The notes under the pieces were generated by a model. It was not told where the DNA came from, did no database searches, and saw only the letters and a list, made by a program, of their open reading frames with translations. Source: the human T2T-CHM13v2.0 reference genome, Homo sapiens. Taken from it: a DNA stretch of 64,000 nt. Every line of letters starts with the position of its first letter. The stretch's first letter is position 1. Below are positions 57,899 through 64,000 of the stretch, piece after piece. Made by a program: the position numbers and the translations under genes. Location of the stretch: the NCBI RefSeq assembly GCF_009914755.1, contig NC_060930.1; one strand, written 5' to 3'.

Positions 57899-58008
57899 TG
57901 AGTGTGTGCATGTTGTCTCAGCAGAACTGAGTTCAATTTCTCTATCCTATTGCAATCGTCTTGAATTAAGGTTTTCATGTATATCTCTGGTGAAATTTTT
58001 CTTTGACA
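57465..58008 (+). mobile_element. ERV1 MER4-group solo LTR (MER67-like) with internal (CA)n at about 57855-57895
   Basis: tgtta...ctctgacctcccttttcttagagcatttacttta...gccaattagcaaacacagatggcctaatcacattgaccaacc...ttttctttgaca. Confidence 0.75.
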
Positions 58009-58126
58009 GTTCCCTCTTGCAGATATAGAGTTATATTTCTAACTTTTATTATTGTTTTATCAAAAACAAACTTATCTGCCTTATGTATTCCATAATTATT
58101 TCAATATTTTATCTGCCTAAGGTGCC

Positions 58127-58610
58127 TGTGGAAGAAACTGCATGCTTCCCTTCAATATTCTCTGATTTTTTTTCCTTCTAAATAACAGGAATTCCTGTAT
58201 TTATTGGGACATTTAGCCATCTGAAGTACAGACTTAATGTTTTACTTCTCTTAGCGTTAAGTATGTAAATGTGACTTAAGTTCTGGCCAATGAAATATGT
58301 GAAGTAATATGTGAAATGCTGAGAAGTGTTCTTTAATGGGGCGGGGCAGGGAGTATTTTTTTCCTTCATTTCTTTTACCCTCCTATTTGCTGCAATGCAG
58401 CTAGGATTGCTGGAGTTTCGCTATCTTAAACACAGTGAGAATGGCAGGACATGCAGTTAGAAGCCTGGGTTACTGACCACCATGAGGCTGCCATACTAGT
58501 CAGGACTGCTTATATTTACGGGTGAAACAATGCTATTTTGTTTTAACCGCCTGGTTGTATTTGCTTGTTTGTTTTATGTCTCCCACAGGTCGATTTCATC
58601 CTAACTAATA
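58127..58610 (+). mobile_element. MLT1 (I/J-like) LTR
   Basis: atgtgacttaagttctggccaatgaaatatg...agaagcctgggttactga...atcctaactaata. Confidence 0.65.
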
Positions 58611-59081
58611 TTGGTACACCCACTAGTTTTCCAGCCTTCTTATAAAGTAGTTCTTATACCTCTTTGATAACGGCAATGGGATTTTAGTAGGAAGAAAGAG
58701 ATGCATACCTTTGCTTAGTTTTAAATTTTGTAATGGAGGTACTGTTAGAATTTTGACAGGACTGATGTAAACATCTGTACTGATGATTTGAATATTTATT
58801 ATATTCAATCTGCCCTCTCTATTAAGATTTTTCTCCATTTATTAAAGTCTTTATAGCAATATTGTAGTTTTCTTCAGACAGGTTTTGCATTATACTTGTG
58901 GAGGTTATTCCTAGGACTGTTATGCTTTTATTCTATAGTTTAATGAATTATCTTTTCCATAACATCCTTTATTTCATTACTGATAATATATAAAATAATT
59001 CCTTTATTGGTATATCTCCATTAGTTTAATTTTTAATTTTTAAAAAATTTTAACTTCTCTTAACTTTCCAATTTGTATATC

Positions 59082-59556
59082 TTTTTTTAGTTTTTAGTTT
59101 TTAATTGCTGTGGATACATAATAGGTATATATATTTATAGGGTACATGTGATGTTTTTATACAAGTATACAATGTGTAATGATGAAATCAGAGTAACTAG
59201 AGTATCTATCACTTTCAGCACTTATCTTTTTTTGTGTTCGGAATATTCCAATTCTACTGTTTTAGTTATTTTAAAATACACAATAAATTATTGTTAACTA
59301 TAGTCATCCTATTGTACACCAAATACTAGATCATACTCATTTTAACTGCATTTTTGTTCCCATTAAGCATTCCTATTTTTCCCGGCCCGCCCCGACCAAC
59401 CCTTCCCAATTGGGAAAACACTCCAGGACATTGGTCTGGGCAAAGATTTCTTGAGTAAGACCTGAAAAGCACAGACAACCAAAGCAATGATGGACAAATG
59501 AGATAACACCAAGCTAAAAAGCTTCTGCATATCAAAGGAAACAATCACAAAGTGAG
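59082..59556 (-). mobile_element. L1MA-type insertion with inverted ORF2 segment
   Basis: 59082-59408 is antisense 3' UTR (tttatagggtacatgtgatg...ttgttaactatagtca). 59409-59556 is sense ORF2 (attgggaaaacactccaggacattggtctgggcaaagatttc...aaaggaaacaatc). Confidence 0.82.
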
Positions 59557-60002
59557 ATTGAGAATGTTAGGTTGATTTTTTAATACTGTTAGAGTTTTGG
59601 TTGATATATTTAATCTAAGATATAGACACGTAAATAAAAACTTTACTTTGTATTTATTTTACCATTAACATCTTATTTATGTTTTTGTCTTATTTTATTG
59701 TCCAGAACTTGCACATAAATGGTAAATAGTAACGAAAAGTTTTCTCCTTATGTCTCAATAGCACTTATTTCATGTTTTATTAACATGTAATCAATGACCA
59801 TGATGTTCTCTTCTCTGTTAACTTAAAATGAGATCTTAATCATTTATTATTATTCAAGTACTGTTTTTCTAGGACATTTAACTCAAAGGAGTTTTCATGG
59901 TATGAACTACATTGTTTTGGCATTTATTGAGATGTTGCTATCTGTTATACTTTTCTTATTGGGCCTACTAATGGGATATATACCTAATATTAGGTTATTT
60001 TG

Positions 60003-60267
60003 TTTTTTTTTTTCTTTTTCTGGAGTGTAGTTGCATCTTGGCTAACTACAACCACCACTTCCCAGGGTCAAGGGCTCCTCCCACCTCTTCCTCCTGAGTA
60101 GCTGGGACTACAGGTGTGCACCACACGCATGGCTAATTTTCGTATATTTTGTAGAGAAGGTTTTTTGCCATGCTGCCTGGGCTTGTCTCAACCTCTGAGC
60201 TCAAGAAATTTGCTCGCCTTGGACTCCAAAAGTGCTGGGATTACAGGCATGAGCCACTGTGCCAGGC
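60003..60267 (-). mobile_element. AluJ (diverged)
   Basis: ctcctcccacctc...gtagctgggactacagg...tttgtagaga...gtgctgggattacaggcatgagccactgtgcc. Confidence 0.88.
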
Positions 60268-61159
60268 TACTGTATTCTTGATTACTTGTATAAGTCCCAT
60301 TTAGATGAGATAAAATTGTAAATATAATTATGATCTAAGTTTCCTAACAATGTGCCCATGACATGTGCATTTATTTCAGAAGTGATTTTGTCATATAACA
60401 CTTCTTCCTTTATAATATAAGCAATTTTAGTGCTTTCTACCACCCTATCCCAACACAAACACAGAGGAGACTAATTTCATTTGCTAGTTTTGGTAAACAT
60501 TATCTGAGTTTTAGAATCCTAAATATTATTCAATATTTTTATATTATATATATTTAATTTCAGATTATTTTTTGTAATTTGCAAAAAATACAAATTGCAT
60601 AATTTGTATTTTTATAATTATATATGTACTGTATTTTATGTTAAAATGGTTCATTATTAGCACTACTCCTTTAAAAATCACAAGTTCTTCATTCTTAGTT
60701 GATGGCACACGTTCCCTACGTTATATGAATAGTATGCTTTTTAAGACTCTATTTCTATATCATCAATATCTAAGTGAAAATTTGACAGATATTTTTTAAA
60801 CATTCCCTCCCACTCAACCCCCTGGTGAGCTTCCTTTTTGCTTTGCTGGCTTTTCTTTGGCTGTTTAATGTTGGAGAGAAACATCTTAAGGCATATACTA
60901 TTTTTGTTATCTTAAAGGTAAGCTCTTTTAGTTTCGTTTTCTTTTATTTTGTTTCCTGCTTGAGTTCTTACAGCCATCTAAAACTTATTTTTCAATAGGA
61001 ACAATTTTTCCAAGACTTACCCAGTATGTCTCTCTTTTCATTAACTTTGCAAGAATCTGGTGAATTCTTTTGTTATGTTTACACAAGCCTTCATTTCAAC
61101 ACCAGAAAGTTTTCTTTTTAATGTCTTTGTTCTTCAGGAAAAAGGGAGCAACATTATTA

Positions 61160-61402
61160 CACTGGTGCTAAAAGCATGATTTTTGGAGTCAGACTATTTT
61201 GTTTAAATTCTAGCTTAATTATTTATAATTCTGCAGGCTATGGAAGCTTTCATAACCTCTCTTTGCCTCAGTTTTCTGTGTGTAAGGTGATAGTAAACGC
61301 TAGTGCAAATGACATAAGATTGTTACAAGGATAAAAAAGTAATCTGTATTATTAAAAAAGAATCTGGCACAGGATAATTGCTCAATAAATGTTAACTGTT
61401 AT
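61160..61402 (+). mobile_element. MIR
   Basis: tttggagtcagact...taacctctctttgcctcagttttct...ctggcaca...gctcaataaatgttaactgttat. Confidence 0.75.
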
Positions 61403-62404
61403 AATCTCCTCACTGTCATCTCTCTTATTTCTTTTTCCTCTTTATTCTGGGGACGCTTCTGAAAGTTTTTCTCTTCTGATTTGATTTTCTCAAGTCACTA
61501 GCTTTCTTCAGTAAATCCAATGTGTATTTTACTCAAACTTCTGCGATATTAGTTTTATTGAAATCTTTTCTTATCTTACCTAGATCCCTTTTCATCTAAG
61601 CTTGTTGGTTTTATATCTCATCTTCTTATTCTTTTAAGCCAGACTGTTCTTTCCTTATGACAGCATTGTCCTATTTAATAACTTTTTGAATTTGATTTAA
61701 TATGGAATTTTCCCGTGGATCTACAGTAAACTACATTTTAGAGGTGCTCTTTCTCTTTCAAGATGATGTGTTTTCTCTTCTGCCTTAGTATTGTTTCATG
61801 AAAGCCATATTGTCACTGTTGTTTTAAATTTATCAATATTCATTTCCCAATAAAGGAAGTCATGGCTATAATAAGTATTCCTAACCAACAGGATATGGCG
61901 ATTTCTCTTGGCTCTGACGATTGGCTGAAACCCATATGGATGTATAGGTTTGTAAAACAGACCCTTATTAAATGTAGATCCAGAAGGTAGTGTGATACCT
62001 AAAGTTATCGACCCAAAAATTAGGATCTAAAAACTGTTCTGTTTTTGTGGCTCCATGAAAAACAAAGCAACATCTTCTCTCAATAAAAGAACAAGATAAA
62101 GCCTGCAGCTTCAAATATGCAAAGTTATGCAATAATCTTTCTGTCTTTGCCATTAGCAAGTGCTTTAATATGTAGGACTATATTTACAAAGGCAGATTTT
62201 ATCCTTATATTCCACACCCATGTATTTACATGTTGCATAGCTAAAGCTTAATCTTCTCTATTGGTATAGATATTTTAGATGGAATATTCAATACTCTAGT
62301 GAGCTAAAAGAAAAACAACAACAACAAAACAATGAATGCCTGTATGGTAATGGGAAGGCTGCTTAGTTTTCAGGTTCAAATAGAAACTTAGGACCATGTA
62401 CTAG

Positions 62405-63212
<808 letters not shown>

Positions 63213-64000
63213 GTGGAGAAGCCATAAAATGTTTTCTAACATTTTATTGGAATAAAACAAAATTATCTATTTTTCTCATTCAGTTTTGTCATTCTGAGAG
63301 TTATGTTTACCCCTTTACCCCTAAAATTTAAGGCACAGATTATTGATGTTACTTTTTCTTATTTTTTATTACCTCCGAAAATGTAAATGGTTTATGTCAA
63401 AGATTGATAACAGTATGCAATTTAAAGTCACAAAAAATGCCAATATGCATTTTGTAGAAGAATTATTTCTTTCCATTGTATTGATAGTTTGCTGTAAAAG
63501 TTACAGTTTTTGACAATAAATTGAAAGCTTGAAAGAAAAGACTAATAATATGTTGACACAACTGCTAGGTATAGGCTGGTCCAACATTGGATCTGTAGGA
63601 ATTGATCACAATAAACTCTGATTGGTGAAAGCTGTATGAAATGTCTTAGCCTGATGCTAAATTATCTTGACTTTGAATGAAGTTTCTTGAACTCCTCCTG
63701 GTCCTGAACTGGAAATTTTCATGATGTCTAACGTCTAGAGAAGAATTGCTAGAATATGTTGTGGTCTCATCATCTTTTAACAAACCAGTTTTGAACAGGT
63801 AGTGATCAGAAATTGAGAATAGAAAAGTAAAATTGACCAAAGAATATATCTCAGAAACTCAAAGTAGAAAGGACAAGTATGTTGACCTTAGTCACATCTG
63901 AGTACTTCTCATTACCAATTGTGACTTTTGGCAAGTTAATTGACAACCAATTCCAGATTTGAAAATGCTGTCCTGAGTATTAATGAGATTTTTATATCAG

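Overview
Human genomic DNA: AT-rich, repeat-dense, and carrying a human-specific AluYg6. It lies inside the very large retinal gene EYS (eyes shut homolog, RP25, chr6q12), which is transcribed on the minus strand. The only real coding sequence is one 233-bp exon at 28813-29045. It matches EYS exon 31 (c.6192-6424, numbering recalled from memory and consistent with the Cys2139 codon) and encodes a Ser/Thr-rich linker plus one EGF-like domain. Everything else is intronic: intron 30 to the right, intron 31 to the left. The introns are filled with Alu, L1, L2, MIR, MaLR/ERV solo LTRs, DNA-transposon relics and microsatellites. All other ORFs in the track are repeat-derived or chance. I found no evidence for a new gene or a novel biological system. 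The observations worth checking are architectural. Inverted Alus closely flank the frame-shifting exon. Two 96%-identical direct L1 segments bracket the exon and share a non-consensus substitution. Five L1s have 5' inversions, and four L1 breakpoints cluster in one ~20-nt stretch of ORF2. There is also a young truncated AluYg6, an unexplained 18-bp-stem hairpin and nested AT-rich palindromes. Repeat subfamily calls come from recognising consensus sequences by eye, and repeat boundaries are approximate unless TSDs are quoted.
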